From Arcobacteraceae bacterium (lineage in GTDB: Bacteria > Campylobacterota > Campylobacteria > Campylobacterales > Arcobacteraceae), in assembly GCA_965224485.1 (NCBI GenBank), contig CBDCZH010000018.1, positions 1 through 64,000 of the forward strand: DNA of 64,000 nucleotides, read 5' to 3'. The number at the start of each line of letters is the position of its first letter. Within the stretch, counting starts at the first letter, position 1. Under the pieces are notes generated by a model. It saw only the letters and a program-made list of their open reading frames with translations, was not told where the DNA came from and ran no database searches. This document shows, piece after piece, positions 19,827 to 30,284 of the stretch. Both the position numbers and the translations under genes were made by a program.

Positions 19827-21638
19827 CTATAACTTAGCAACAAACTTAATAACTCTATTTCTTCCATTATTCTTAGCTTCATATAAGGCACCGTCTGCTT
19901 CTTTTACACAATGGGCAAGATCAATACACTCTTTAGTGTAAATTGAGCAACCAATAGAAATAGTCTTATTAATAGTAGTATTATTAGCAGGAATATCTTT
20001 AGATGAAAAGCTTAAACGTAATTTATTTGCAAAAGCTTCAATATGTTTTATATCACAATCATATAATAAAAGTAAAAATTCTTCACCTCCATATCTTATA
20101 CAAATATCAGAAGCTCTTGTATTCTCTAGTAAAGTAGCTGCTAGTGCTTTAATTACATTATCACCAACATCATGACCATAAGTATCATTAACTGGTTTAA
20201 ATAGGTCAATATCTATCATTAAAACACCAATAGGTACATTTTTCCTATTTGCTTGTGCAATAATCTTAGGAACAGTATCTTTAAGATATTTTCTATTATA
20301 TAAACCAGTTAGCCCATCTAAATTTGCAGTGCGCTCTAGTTTTAAGGTTAGTTTCTTAGAAATAATTTCTGTTTTTGAAGTATCAATATAATCAGTTATT
20401 AAGTGAGTAATTCTTCTTACTCTTAGTGTTTCTTCTTTTGTTTTCGTAACAATACTTAAAATAAAATCAAGTTCGTTTGAAATAGAATAAGGAATACAAA
20501 TATGCTCTTCATCTCTTGAGCTAAAAGCAGAACAAATATTAGTAAATTGGCAAGAGTCTATTATTGTATTTGCCTTATCTGCTCTACAGTTTTCTTTTTC
20601 TGCATTACACAATACTTCATTTCTTGCATAAACTTGAACTATTTTTCCAGTAATAGTATTTGCTTCAAACATTGTAAAATGATCTAATCCAAAGGTTTTT
20701 ATTAAAACCATTGCAAATCTTTTATAAATTAATTCTAAAGAGTTATCGTGCTGAATAGTTTTTCTATATTGATAAATATCAGATAATCTTGCAACAGATT
20801 CTTTTACTCTTATTAAAGGATCTTTTGATTCATTTTTATCTTTAACCATAAAAATATTTATATTATTATCAATATCCTCTAGTGTGCTTTGAATTTTTAT
20901 TAATAAATCATTAATCCATTTTGCAACATTTTTACTCTCATTTGAACCAAAATTAGCAACTCTTGCAGAATAATCACCTTCTTGTGCTCTTAACATAACA
21001 TTTTTAATAGAGTCAAAAATATTTAAAAATGGTGAAATTAAAAAATTAATAAAAATAATAACAAGACCCATTAAAATTATAATAATAATTAAAGTATTAA
21101 AAAGTATGCTAATACCTTTTTCTTTTGCTGAATCTATAGACATTTCTATACTAATAGCACCTAAAGTATCTCCCACTTTTGCAGAACTATGACAGGAAAT
21201 ACAGTTTATTTTTCCCTGATTATGGGCTTTGTATGGAATAGTGATTCTATATGTACTTTTCCCAAAAACAGACTCTTTAATACTTTTTTTAATTAAACCT
21301 GTTCTTAAAACTTCTCTATCAATTTTATCTCTTGGAGCTTCATTTAATAAACCATGTCCATACTCTTGTATAACAAGTTCACTTCTACTTAACCAAATTT
21401 TATTTATATTGCTTAAGTCTTCTAGTTCCGATATAAACAGTGCTCTATCATCAATAACTCCTGAAACCATTTGTGATGTTAAAGCATTTTCAACTACTTG
21501 AGCAATAGTTTTAGCCTTGTCATCAATTGTTTTGATTCCATAATCTCTAAAATTATATATAATATTTATAGATAAAAGTGAGAAAATTAAAAAGGTCATT
21601 AAAATTAGAAGTAAAAAAACTTTATTCTTTGTATTCAT
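19827..21638 (-). CDS. Membrane diguanylate cyclase with a periplasmic heme-c motif and HAMP-like linker
   Basis: Two TM segments flanking CISCH; C-terminal DGLTGLYNR, RASD I-site and RYGGEEF. Confidence 0.9.
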   Translation of the reverse strand: MNTKNKVFLLLILMTFLIFSLLSINIIYNFRDYGIKTIDDKAKTIAQVVENALTSQMVSGVIDDRALFISELEDLSNINKIWLSRSELVIQEYGHGLLNEAPRDKIDREVLRTGLIKKSIKESVFGKSTYRITIPYKAHNQGKINCISCHSSAKVGDTLGAISIEMSIDSAKEKGISILFNTLIIIIILMGLVIIFINFLISPFLNIFDSIKNVMLRAQEGDYSARVANFGSNESKNVAKWINDLLIKIQSTLEDIDNNINIFMVKDKNESKDPLIRVKESVARLSDIYQYRKTIQHDNSLELIYKRFAMVLIKTFGLDHFTMFEANTITGKIVQVYARNEVLCNAEKENCRADKANTIIDSCQFTNICSAFSSRDEEHICIPYSISNELDFILSIVTKTKEETLRVRRITHLITDYIDTSKTEIISKKLTLKLERTANLDGLTGLYNRKYLKDTVPKIIAQANRKNVPIGVLMIDIDLFKPVNDTYGHDVGDNVIKALAATLLENTRASDICIRYGGEEFLLLLYDCDIKHIEAFANKLRLSFSSKDIPANNTTINKTISIGCSIYTKECIDLAHCVKEADGALYEAKNNGRNRVIKFVAKL

Positions 21639-21736
21639 TCAAAATCCTGGCATTAATAGATGAAAATAACATAATTTAACTAAAAATAATATTCTAAACG
21701 AGGGATTCTTTATTAATTTTTTTGTATTATCATTTT

Positions 21737-24472
21737 ATGAAACAATTTATAGCTTTAAAAGCAAGTGCAGGAAGTGGAAAAACTTTTGCACTAACAGTTA
21801 GATATATTTCCTTATTATTGCTTGATGCAAAACCAAAAGAGATTCTGTCTTTAACGTTTACAAACAAAGCAGCAAATGAAATGAGTGAGAGAATTTTTAA
21901 AACACTTAGTACATTAGGTGATGATGAAGCTTATTTAAGTGCAATTATTGAACAAAGTTCTTTAAGTAAAGAAGAAATTTTAGGTAAAAAAAGCAAGTTA
22001 TTAAAAAAATATGCTAAATCAGAATTGTCTATTTTTACTATTGATAAATTTGTAAATAAAATTTTAAGAGAATTTTCTGGTTATATTGGAATAAGTGATG
22101 ATTTTGAAATTCATGAAGATGATAGCGAGCACTTAAGTTTAAGATTCTTGGAATCCTTGGAACTAAAAGAATTTGATAAATTAATAAATTTTTCACTTCA
22201 TGAATCAAAAAAATTCAACTCAATTTTTGATTTATTTAAAAACTTACTTGCAAAAAATGAAGTTTTTGATATTGTAAATATTGATTCATCTTTAATTTCT
22301 TTACAAAAAGAAGAAGTATTAAAAAAAGCATATAAAATAAAAGAACATATTTTAAACTTTCCTTCTTCATCAAAATCTGCACTTAAAGCTGTTGATTTTA
22401 ACTCTTTTTCTTCTTTGTTAACTAAGGGAAAATCTTGGCTAGGAAAAGAGCATATGAATGAATACTCTTATTTTAAAAAAGCTTCTAATGAAGAAATTGA
22501 GCTAGTTTTCAGCTCTCTTAAATCTTTAGTAAATGATTATTATAAACTACGGTCAGCTCATAGTTTAAGTTCACTTTATGAGCTGTTTTTGATGTTTAGG
22601 AATTATAAAAATTCATATAATAAAAATAAAAACTACTTAGAATTTAATGATATTTCAAACTTAGTATTTGAGCTTTTACATGAAAAAATAGATAAAGACT
22701 TCTTGTATTTTAGACTTGATAGTACATATAAACATATCTTAATCGATGAGTTCCAAGATACTTCACTTTTGCAGTTTAATATTTTAAAACCTTTAATTGA
22801 TGAAATTTTATCTGGTTCAAAAGAAGAATTTAAAAGTTTTTTTTATGTTGGTGACACAAAACAATCTATCTATAGATTCAGAGGTGGAAAAAGAGAGTTA
22901 TTTGATTATGTAAGTTCTAAATATCCTCAAGTTGAAGTTGAGCAATTAAATACAAATTATAGAAGTTCTTCAAAAATAGTATCTTTTGTAAATGATACTT
23001 TTACTAAGGTAAATAATTATGAATATATTAAACAAGAAAGTATTCATAAAAATGGTTATATTGAAGTTCTTGAAGATGAAGCTTTAAGTGAAGAGGAAAA
23101 GTTTAAAAATGTTGCAGTAAAAATATCACAACTCTTTAAAGAAGGTGTTAATGCAAATAATATTGCAATTTTAACTTATACAAATGATGATGTATTAACA
23201 CTATTTTCTTATTTACAAGAAAAATTCCCAAATACTAAAATATCTACAGAAATGACTTCCAGACTTATAAATCAGGCTAATGTAAAAGCTTTAATAAATG
23301 CAATTAAATATTTGTATTACAAAGAAGATATATATAAAGAAAATCTAAATGCAATTTTAGGAAAAAATTTATTAAGTTCATATGATTATTTTCTAGATTT
23401 ACATACTAATTCTATACAAGCACTTATAAAAAAACTAGCAGCTCATTTAAATATTATTGATGATAATGTAATTAGATTTATTGAAATTAGTTCAAAATTT
23501 GAAAATGTTGTTGATTTTGTTTATGAAATTGATAAACTAGAAGACTCTATTTTAAATTCACAGCAAAATGGTCTTCAAATACTTACAATTTTTAAATCAA
23601 AAGGTTTGGAGTTTGATACAGTTATTTTACTTGATAGAATTAAAAGAAAAAATGCTGATAAAAGTTCATTATTATTTGAATATGATAAGGTTTTTTTAAA
23701 AAATGTTTTTTATAAAATTGCTGGTTTAGAAAACTTTGACTTACGATATAAAGAAGCTAAAAATAAAGAAAAAGTTTTAGAGCGTGAAGATGAACTAAAT
23801 ATTTTATATGTAGCAATGACAAGAGCTAGAAATAATCTTATAATATTTAAAAAACAAAAATCTTCTGTTTTTGACTTACTTAATTTAAGTTCTGTGCAAA
23901 TAGGGCAAGTTTATGTTTCAAGTGATATAAAAAATGAAACTACTAAAAAAAATAGAGTTATATATAAGGCGCTTTCTTTAGGTGTTCAAGAAAAAAGTAT
24001 CAAAAAAATAAAAGATACAGATTATAGTTTACATTCAAAATATTTTGGTCTTTGCACACATTACTGCTTAGAAATGATGAATACTTTTGATATTAAAGCT
24101 TTAGAATATGCTTTAAATATATCAAAAAGTAGATTTTCTTCTTATTTAAGTGCTGAAGATTTTATAGATATTAAAAATAGAATTTCTTTATTAGTTAAAA
24201 ATGAATATTTCTCAAATCTTGTAATAAAGTCAGAGTTTCTAAGTGAGCAGGCTTTGATATACAAAGGTGAGTTAAAAATAATTGATTTATTATTAAAATA
24301 TGATGATAAATATATTATTTTTGATTATAAAACTACTTTAAATGAACAAGAAGAACATCTTTCTCAACTTCTCTATTATAAAAAAGCGATAAAAGATATT
24401 TTTAATACTACTGAAGTTTCTTCTTTTGTAATTTATTTAAAACCTAAAGAAGTTTATTTTAAAGAAGTATAA
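21737..24472 (+). CDS. addA: RecB-like/AddA helicase-nuclease
   Basis: ASAGSGKT, TFTNKAA, LIDEFQDTS, VGDTKQSIYRFRGG, KSKGLEF, YVAMTRA and a C-terminal IDLL...FDYKT nuclease motif. Confidence 0.9.
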   Translation: MKQFIALKASAGSGKTFALTVRYISLLLLDAKPKEILSLTFTNKAANEMSERIFKTLSTLGDDEAYLSAIIEQSSLSKEEILGKKSKLLKKYAKSELSIFTIDKFVNKILREFSGYIGISDDFEIHEDDSEHLSLRFLESLELKEFDKLINFSLHESKKFNSIFDLFKNLLAKNEVFDIVNIDSSLISLQKEEVLKKAYKIKEHILNFPSSSKSALKAVDFNSFSSLLTKGKSWLGKEHMNEYSYFKKASNEEIELVFSSLKSLVNDYYKLRSAHSLSSLYELFLMFRNYKNSYNKNKNYLEFNDISNLVFELLHEKIDKDFLYFRLDSTYKHILIDEFQDTSLLQFNILKPLIDEILSGSKEEFKSFFYVGDTKQSIYRFRGGKRELFDYVSSKYPQVEVEQLNTNYRSSSKIVSFVNDTFTKVNNYEYIKQESIHKNGYIEVLEDEALSEEEKFKNVAVKISQLFKEGVNANNIAILTYTNDDVLTLFSYLQEKFPNTKISTEMTSRLINQANVKALINAIKYLYYKEDIYKENLNAILGKNLLSSYDYFLDLHTNSIQALIKKLAAHLNIIDDNVIRFIEISSKFENVVDFVYEIDKLEDSILNSQQNGLQILTIFKSKGLEFDTVILLDRIKRKNADKSSLLFEYDKVFLKNVFYKIAGLENFDLRYKEAKNKEKVLEREDELNILYVAMTRARNNLIIFKKQKSSVFDLLNLSSVQIGQVYVSSDIKNETTKKNRVIYKALSLGVQEKSIKKIKDTDYSLHSKYFGLCTHYCLEMMNTFDIKALEYALNISKSRFSSYLSAEDFIDIKNRISLLVKNEYFSNLVIKSEFLSEQALIYKGELKIIDLLLKYDDKYIIFDYKTTLNEQEEHLSQLLYYKKAIKDIFNTTEVSSFVIYLKPKEVYFKEV

Positions 24473-24478
24473 GCGATT

Positions 24479-25036
24479 TTAAATAAAATATCTTATAGAT
24501 GCAAAAGCATAAAGATTTATATCTTTTAATTGCTCTACTTCTTTTTGTGAAACAATACCACCTAAGGCTATGATATTCATATCAAAAATAGATCTAATTT
24601 TTTTTAAATCTGCTATACCTTTTATTTTTCCCTTATTAGGAGTATCAAATATAGCAGAATAGGTAACCGCATCAGCATATCTCTTTTGTGCTTTTTCTAT
24701 TTCAAAAATATTATGGCATGAAATTATTACAAATAAATCAAGTTCTTTGGCTCTTGAAATCTTATTGAACTGCTGTGAAGTAAGATGAACTCCAGTGGCT
24801 CCTAGTTTTTTTGCTAAATCATAATTTTCATTTAAAAGAATTTCTTTAATTTTATATTCTTTACATGTTTGAATAAAAACTTCTGCTAATTCTTTGTAAT
24901 TTGATGAATATTTATCTCTAAAACAGGCAATATCAACCTTGTTTTTTTCTAAGGCAAAAGAGAGTTTCTTTTTAAATTTTTTTACGTCATTAGAATAATA
25001 TTGTGGGTCAGTAATTAAATACTGTTTTAAGTACAT
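24479..25036 (-). CDS. Thiamine phosphate synthase family (ThiE/TenI-like) protein
   Basis: YLITD, GVHLTS, ISCHN, IFDTPNK and IALGGI motifs. Confidence 0.85.
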   Translation of the reverse strand: MYLKQYLITDPQYYSNDVKKFKKKLSFALEKNKVDIACFRDKYSSNYKELAEVFIQTCKEYKIKEILLNENYDLAKKLGATGVHLTSQQFNKISRAKELDLFVIISCHNIFEIEKAQKRYADAVTYSAIFDTPNKGKIKGIADLKKIRSIFDMNIIALGGIVSQKEVEQLKDINLYAFASIRYFI

Positions 25037-25092
25037 TATATTTTAACCTTTACATTAAATAAATGTAATAATAATATAAGTTAGAAAAATTC

Positions 25093-25252
25093 TTACTTAT
25101 ATTGTCCTAAAAATTCTTTTCCTTGCATATCTTTTACAATACTTTTGTAAGTTTATCTTTTGTGCTTGAACTAGAGGCCTTGTCTTGTGGTCTTTCATTC
25201 AAAGTGTGTTATTGCATTATTACTTTGCTTAAGGCCACTTACTTGCTCTTTA
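25093..25252 (-). pseudogene. Decayed C-terminal remnant of a methyl-accepting chemotaxis protein
   Basis: Manual minus-strand translation gives KEQVSGLKQSNNAITHF, then (frame change) ERPQDKASSSS, then (frame change) KSIVKDMQGKEFLGQYK*. This resembles the Arcobacter-type MCP tail (SKEQ..GIEQINDA...TQQNA...IV.....KEF.GK). Confidence 0.5.
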
Positions 25253-25305
25253 ATTTATGTAATTAGTTATATTTATTTTATACAAAAACTAGATAAGTTT
25301 TATAT

Positions 25306-25349
25306 AAAAAAAAAGGGGAGAAAAGAGTAAAACTCTTTTCTCCCCTTTT
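25306..25349 (-). terminator. Intrinsic terminator of atpB
   Basis: AAAAGGGGAGAAAAGAG TAAAA CTCTTTTCTCCCCTTTT with a long T-tail on the minus strand. Confidence 0.9.
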
Positions 25350-25384
25350 GGAAGTTTTTAATATCTATATATTTTTAGATTAAA

Positions 25385-26071
25385 TTAGTGATCTTCGCTA
25401 TCCATCATAATAGAACCAGCAATATACACATATGTTAAAATCATAAATATAAATGATTGTAATAATGCAAATGCACTTAATAAGAAAAAACCTGGTAATG
25501 GTAAAATCCAAGGAACTAACATTAAAAGTACCATTAAGAACATATCATCACCTTTGATTGAACCAAAAAGTCTAAATGATAAAGAAATAACTCTTGAGAT
25601 ATGAGAAATTATTTCAATTGGGAACATTAAAGGAGCAAGTATTGGAATTGGTCCCATAAAGTGTGCAAAATATTTAACAAACCCATTTGTTTTAATACCT
25701 AAGTAGTTGTAATAAACAAAAATTATTATTGCTAAACTTAATGTAAAATTGATATTTCCTGTTGGTGATTCAAAACCTGGAATAACTCCAAGTAAATTTG
25801 AAAATAGTATAACTAACCCAAGTGAACCAATTAGTGGTAGGTATACTCTTGCATTTTTTTCACCCATAGTCTCAGCACCCATTGAGATAACACCTTGCAG
25901 AAAAGCTTCCATTACATTTTGTGAACCTGTTGGAACTAATTGTAATTTTGCTGTTGCTGCTCTTGATACCATAAAAATAGCAGCAATTGCTAAAATTAAG
26001 TGAGATAAAATTATCCATTCTTGTGAGTGACCGCCAATTGCACCTAAGAATGTAAATAGTCTTTCTTCCAT
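25385..26071 (-). CDS. atpB: F0F1 ATP synthase subunit a
   Basis: PIEIISHISRVISLSFRLFGSI and LLQSFIFMILTYVY motifs. Confidence 0.97.
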   Translation of the reverse strand: MEERLFTFLGAIGGHSQEWIILSHLILAIAAIFMVSRAATAKLQLVPTGSQNVMEAFLQGVISMGAETMGEKNARVYLPLIGSLGLVILFSNLLGVIPGFESPTGNINFTLSLAIIIFVYYNYLGIKTNGFVKYFAHFMGPIPILAPLMFPIEIISHISRVISLSFRLFGSIKGDDMFLMVLLMLVPWILPLPGFFLLSAFALLQSFIFMILTYVYIAGSIMMDSEDH

Positions 26072-26164
26072 TGTTTCCCTTTTTTCTATATTATCTTTTT
26101 TTAATTATTTTGATGATTATATATTTGTTTTACTAAAATTCTAATAAATATTTCTTAAATTTTT

Positions 26165-27370
26165 TTATATATGCTTAAATCTATAAGCATTGTGTTTCAA
26201 TTTTTCACGAATTAGTTTTTGATGCTCGCTTCCTTTTGTTTCAACTGCAATAGTAACATGTGCTTCGCCAAACTCAAGTTTTACAGAATTTCTATCATAA
26301 TCAATTTGAACTATATTCGCATCTATTTCTTTAAATATATTAGTTAAGTGCATTAAGGCACCTGGTTTATCCATTAAAGTAACTAATAAGTTCATCTTTC
26401 TGTTGGATTTTACTAAACCTTTTTCAATAATAAGCGAAAGCATAGTAACATCAATGTTTCCTCCTGATATTAAAGCACAAACATTTGAGTCTTCAATATC
26501 AATTTTATTATGCATTAAAGCAGCAACACAAACAGCTCCTGCTCCTTCAACTACTAGTTTATGCTTTTCTAATAAAAATAAAATTGCATTTGCAACTTCT
26601 TGATCTTCAACTTCAACTATTTCATCAACATATTCTAGAATATAATCTAACATTTTAGGAGTTACATCTCGTACAGCAATTCCATCTGCAATAGTTTTAA
26701 CGGATAAGGAATCAATAGCTAATCGTGAATCAAAAGATTCTTTCATAGCTCTAGCTCCACTTGCAACAACTCCAATTATTTTAATACTTGGATTTAGAGC
26801 TTTTGCAGCAATTGCTGCTCCTGAGATTAAACCTCCACCACCAATTGGTATAATTAAAGTATCAAAGTCGTTTTTCTCTTCTAAAATTTCTAAAGCAATT
26901 GAACCTTGACCAGCAATTACATCATCATCAGCAAAAGGATGAATAAAAATTTTATTATTTTCTTTTGCAAATTCTTTTGCTGCTTTATAAGCATCATCAT
27001 AAGTAAGACCTTGTAAAACTACTTTTGCACCATAAGATTTAACACCTGAAACTTTTGTCAAAGGAGTAGCTTCTGGCATAAAAATAGTTGCTTCACATGA
27101 AAAATGTTTAGCACTATAAGCTAAACCTTGAGCATGATTACCAGCACTAGCAGCTACTACGCCATTTTCTCTTTCTTCTTCTTTTAATAAAGAAAGCCTA
27201 TTAAAGGCACCTCTTAATTTAAAACTACCAGTTAATTGTAAGTTCTCTTTTTTTAAGTAAATATTCCCATTACATAATTCGCTTAATATTGGAGCATATG
27301 TTAATGGAGTATGATTTATAATACCCTTTAATCTTTTTTGGGCTTCTTTTATGTGGTTTAATGTTATCAT
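26165..27370 (-). CDS. ilvA: Threonine ammonia-lyase with C-terminal ACT domain
   Basis: KKENLQLTGSFKLRGA, ASAGNHAQG, PIGGGGLISG, SGGNID and DKPGAL. Likely start is MITLNHI at 27370. Confidence 0.93.
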   Translation of the reverse strand: MITLNHIKEAQKRLKGIINHTPLTYAPILSELCNGNIYLKKENLQLTGSFKLRGAFNRLSLLKEEERENGVVAASAGNHAQGLAYSAKHFSCEATIFMPEATPLTKVSGVKSYGAKVVLQGLTYDDAYKAAKEFAKENNKIFIHPFADDDVIAGQGSIALEILEEKNDFDTLIIPIGGGGLISGAAIAAKALNPSIKIIGVVASGARAMKESFDSRLAIDSLSVKTIADGIAVRDVTPKMLDYILEYVDEIVEVEDQEVANAILFLLEKHKLVVEGAGAVCVAALMHNKIDIEDSNVCALISGGNIDVTMLSLIIEKGLVKSNRKMNLLVTLMDKPGALMHLTNIFKEIDANIVQIDYDRNSVKLEFGEAHVTIAVETKGSEHQKLIREKLKHNAYRFKHI

Positions 27371-27453
27371 TGTATTATCTTTGTTTGAATATATTGAAAT
27401 CAATAAATATATTATCCAAAAAAATATTTTTTTTATATAAAGGCATTTTTTTA

Positions 27454-28131
27454 GTGAAATTTACATATGTTACACTTTTTCCAAAATTAATTGAATTTTA
27501 TTTTCAAGACTCTATTTTAAAAAGAGCAGTTGATTCTTCTTTTATCTCTTATGAATTTTATGATCCTCGAGTTTATACTTTGAATAAACATAAAAAAGTT
27601 GATAAGCAAATAATAAGTGGAGGAGCAGGTATGTTAATGACTTGCCAACCATTATTTGACTGTCTTGATGAAATTAAAAGGAAAAACAAAGATGCTTATA
27701 TTATTTTCCCTCTTGCTGCTGCAAAAGTTTTCAGGCAAAACGATGCTAAAAGATTAGCAAAGAAGAAAAACATTGTTTTTGTATCAGGAAGATATGAAGG
27801 AATTGATGAAAGAGTGATAGAAAAATATGCAAATGAGGTATTTTCTGTTGGAGAATACATTTTAACAGGTGGAGAATTGCCATCATTAACTATGAGTGAT
27901 GCAATTTCAAGAAATGTTGAAGGAGTTTTGGGAAACGCCCAATCTTTGGAGCTTGAGTCTTATGAAAACCAACTTTTAGAAGCTCCTTCTTTTGCAAAAC
28001 CAGAGATTTATGACAGTAGAATTGTCGTTAAAGAATTTCTAAAGGGAAATCATAGTAAAATTTCCGACTTAAAAATCCAAATGGCAATTTGTAAAACGAA
28101 ATATTATAGACCTAATAAGGAAACGAAATGA
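27454..28131 (+). CDS. trmD: tRNA (guanine-N1)-methyltransferase
   Basis: [17 protein letters not shown] and [11 protein letters not shown] motifs. Likely GTG start at 27454. Confidence 0.96.
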   Translation: MKFTYVTLFPKLIEFYFQDSILKRAVDSSFISYEFYDPRVYTLNKHKKVDKQIISGGAGMLMTCQPLFDCLDEIKRKNKDAYIIFPLAAAKVFRQNDAKRLAKKKNIVFVSGRYEGIDERVIEKYANEVFSVGEYILTGGELPSLTMSDAISRNVEGVLGNAQSLELESYENQLLEAPSFAKPEIYDSRIVVKEFLKGNHSKISDLKIQMAICKTKYYRPNKETK

Positions 28132-28487
28132 AAAATAGATATATTGCAAGCTTTGAAGCAGCACAATTAGAAACAAAAGAGATCCCTGCATTTAGAGCTG
28201 GAGATACAGTAAGACTTGGTATTGAAATTAAAGAGGGTGAGAAAAAAAGAGTTCAAACTTTCGAAGGTATCGTTATCGCTAGACATGCTGAAGGTACAAG
28301 TGCAACTTTTACTGTTAGAAAAATTGGAGCTAACTCAATTGGAGTAGAGCGAATTTTTCCATTATATTCTGATTCTATTAAAACTTTTGAAGTTTTAAGA
28401 AGAGGAAGAGTTAGAAGAGCTAAACTTCATTACTTAAGAGAATTAAGAGGAAAAGCAGCTAGAATTAAAGAACTTAAAAGTAAATAA
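28128..28487 (+). CDS. rplS: 50S ribosomal protein L19
   Basis: [16 protein letters not shown] and [14 protein letters not shown] motifs. Confidence 0.98.
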   Translation: MKNRYIASFEAAQLETKEIPAFRAGDTVRLGIEIKEGEKKRVQTFEGIVIARHAEGTSATFTVRKIGANSIGVERIFPLYSDSIKTFEVLRRGRVRRAKLHYLRELRGKAARIKELKSK

Positions 28488-28509
28488 ACTAAGGCCAAGC
28501 CTTAGTTTA
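28485..28509 (+). terminator. Hairpin after rplS
   Basis: TAAACTAAGGC CAA GCCTTAGTTTA. Confidence 0.7.
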
Positions 28510-28512
28510 ATT

Positions 28513-29046
28513 ATGAATTCGTATACTTTAATACACAGCGCACTACTTTGTGAGGCGCAAACACTTATAAATTTTTTAAAACTAAAACAAGACAATTCTG
28601 TCAAAAACTTACCAAAAAAATCAAAACTTTATTCTAATGAAACTACTATTTTAATAGTTTCTGGCATGGGGAAAGAACATACAATTTCTGCTCTTACTTT
28701 CATCTTTTCACAGTATAAAATAAATAAAGCTTTTAATATTGGTATTGCAGGTTCTTGTGATAAAAGTATAAAAATTGGTGAGTTGTTTTGTACAAATAAA
28801 GAACTTGAAAATATTAAGAAAAAGAGTATAAGCTGTGTAAATACTGTTTGTACTGATACTTCTAAAATAAAAACTACCCTTGTTGATATGGAAAGTGATT
28901 ATTTTATAAGTATTTGTAAAAAAAATATAGAAGAGTTTTATGTTTTTAAAGTTGTATCAGATTATTGTGAAGCTAAAATTCCTTCAAAATCTTTTGTAAT
29001 TGCATTAATACAGAACTCTTTATTTAACTGGAAATATCTATTATGA
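28513..29046 (+). CDS. Nucleoside phosphorylase/MTA-SAH nucleosidase-like protein (PNP_UDP_1 fold)
   Basis: ALLCEA, VSGMGK, NIGIAGS, LVDMES and KVVSD motifs. Confidence 0.8.
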   Translation: MNSYTLIHSALLCEAQTLINFLKLKQDNSVKNLPKKSKLYSNETTILIVSGMGKEHTISALTFIFSQYKINKAFNIGIAGSCDKSIKIGELFCTNKELENIKKKSISCVNTVCTDTSKIKTTLVDMESDYFISICKKNIEEFYVFKVVSDYCEAKIPSKSFVIALIQNSLFNWKYLL

Positions 29047-30284
29047 GTTTAGAAAAATTTAATGAACATATAAATAAAACAAATTACAAAAATTTAAGCA
29101 ATGAAAATCAAAATTTTATTAAAAATAAATTTTTAGAATATAACTTTTCGTATCAAGAATTAAAACAATTAATTGATTTCTCGATTGATTTTATATTATG
29201 GCATGAAGCTGATATAAAAAATGTTTTTAAAGAAGAATATACTTCAAGAAAAGATGCCTTTAATGATATAAGAGATATTTGGACTGCTTTAAAAAACAAA
29301 CCAAACTCTTACTCTAAGTTTTCAAAAGATTTATATAAAAATGATGTAAGAAAATTTACTTTTAATACTTTTGAGGGTGAAAAATCTTCTCTTGGAGCCT
29401 GTCCTGTTGCCTCAGAGGGCACAAGATGCTGTAATTTATTAACACTTGATGCAGTTCAATCTTGTGGTTTTGACTGTTCATACTGCTCAATTCAATCTTT
29501 TTACAATCAAGATAAAATAGGTTTTGATGTTAATTTTAAAAAGAATCTTGAGAACCTTGTTTTAGATCCAAATGAAACGTATCATATAGGAACAGGTCAG
29601 AGTAGTGATAGTCTAATGTGGGGAAATAAAGAAGGAATTTTAGATGCTTTATTTGCTTTTGCAAATAAATATCCAAATGTAATTTTAGAGTTCAAAACAA
29701 AATCAAATAATATAAAATATTTTTTGGAAAATGATGTTCCTAAAAATATTATTTGTACTTGGTCTTTAAATACACCTACAATTATTCAAAATGAAGAACA
29801 TTTAGCTGCCACTTTAGGTCAGCGAATAAATGCTGCAAAAAAACTAAGTAATAAGGGTGTTTTAATAGGTTTTCACTTTCATCCAATAGTTCAGTATGAA
29901 AATTATTTAGAAGAGTATGCTGATGTTTATAAAAGATTAATAACAACTTTTGATCCTAAAAAAGTTGTTTTAATATCTTTTGGAACATTAACATTTATAA
30001 AACCAGTAATAAATAAAATAAGAGCAAGAAACTTTAAATCAAAAATATTACAAATGCCTTTTGAAAATGCAAATGGAAAAGCTTCTTATAGTTTAGATGT
30101 AAAAAAAGAGATGTTTAAACATGCATACAAAGCTTTTGAAGCTTGGCATAAGGACGTATACTTTTATCTCTGTATGGAAGATCAAAGTTTATGGAAAGAA
30201 GTATTTGGATATGAATACAGCTCAAACAATCAAATGGAAGATTTTATGAAAATGTCTTATACAAATAAGATTGAGAGCTTATAA
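29043..30284 (+). CDS. Spore photoproduct lyase-like radical SAM protein
   Basis: CGFDCSYC [4Fe-4S] motif, SSDSL, LEFKTKS, WSLN, GFHFHPI and YLCME, typical of the SPL family. Confidence 0.85.
   Translation: MSLEKFNEHINKTNYKNLSNENQNFIKNKFLEYNFSYQELKQLIDFSIDFILWHEADIKNVFKEEYTSRKDAFNDIRDIWTALKNKPNSYSKFSKDLYKNDVRKFTFNTFEGEKSSLGACPVASEGTRCCNLLTLDAVQSCGFDCSYCSIQSFYNQDKIGFDVNFKKNLENLVLDPNETYHIGTGQSSDSLMWGNKEGILDALFAFANKYPNVILEFKTKSNNIKYFLENDVPKNIICTWSLNTPTIIQNEEHLAATLGQRINAAKKLSNKGVLIGFHFHPIVQYENYLEEYADVYKRLITTFDPKKVVLISFGTLTFIKPVINKIRARNFKSKILQMPFENANGKASYSLDVKKEMFKHAYKAFEAWHKDVYFYLCMEDQSLWKEVFGYEYSSNNQMEDFMKMSYTNKIESL

Noticed and set aside
25037..25305. TPP riboswitch or other ncRNA upstream of the thiE-like gene
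   Set aside because: No CTGAGA or other TPP core motif is visible, and the stretch is better explained as an MCP remnant. An Rfam scan would settle it.
25385..26071. atpB isolated from the other ATP synthase genes
   Set aside because: A split atp operon is typical of Campylobacterota.
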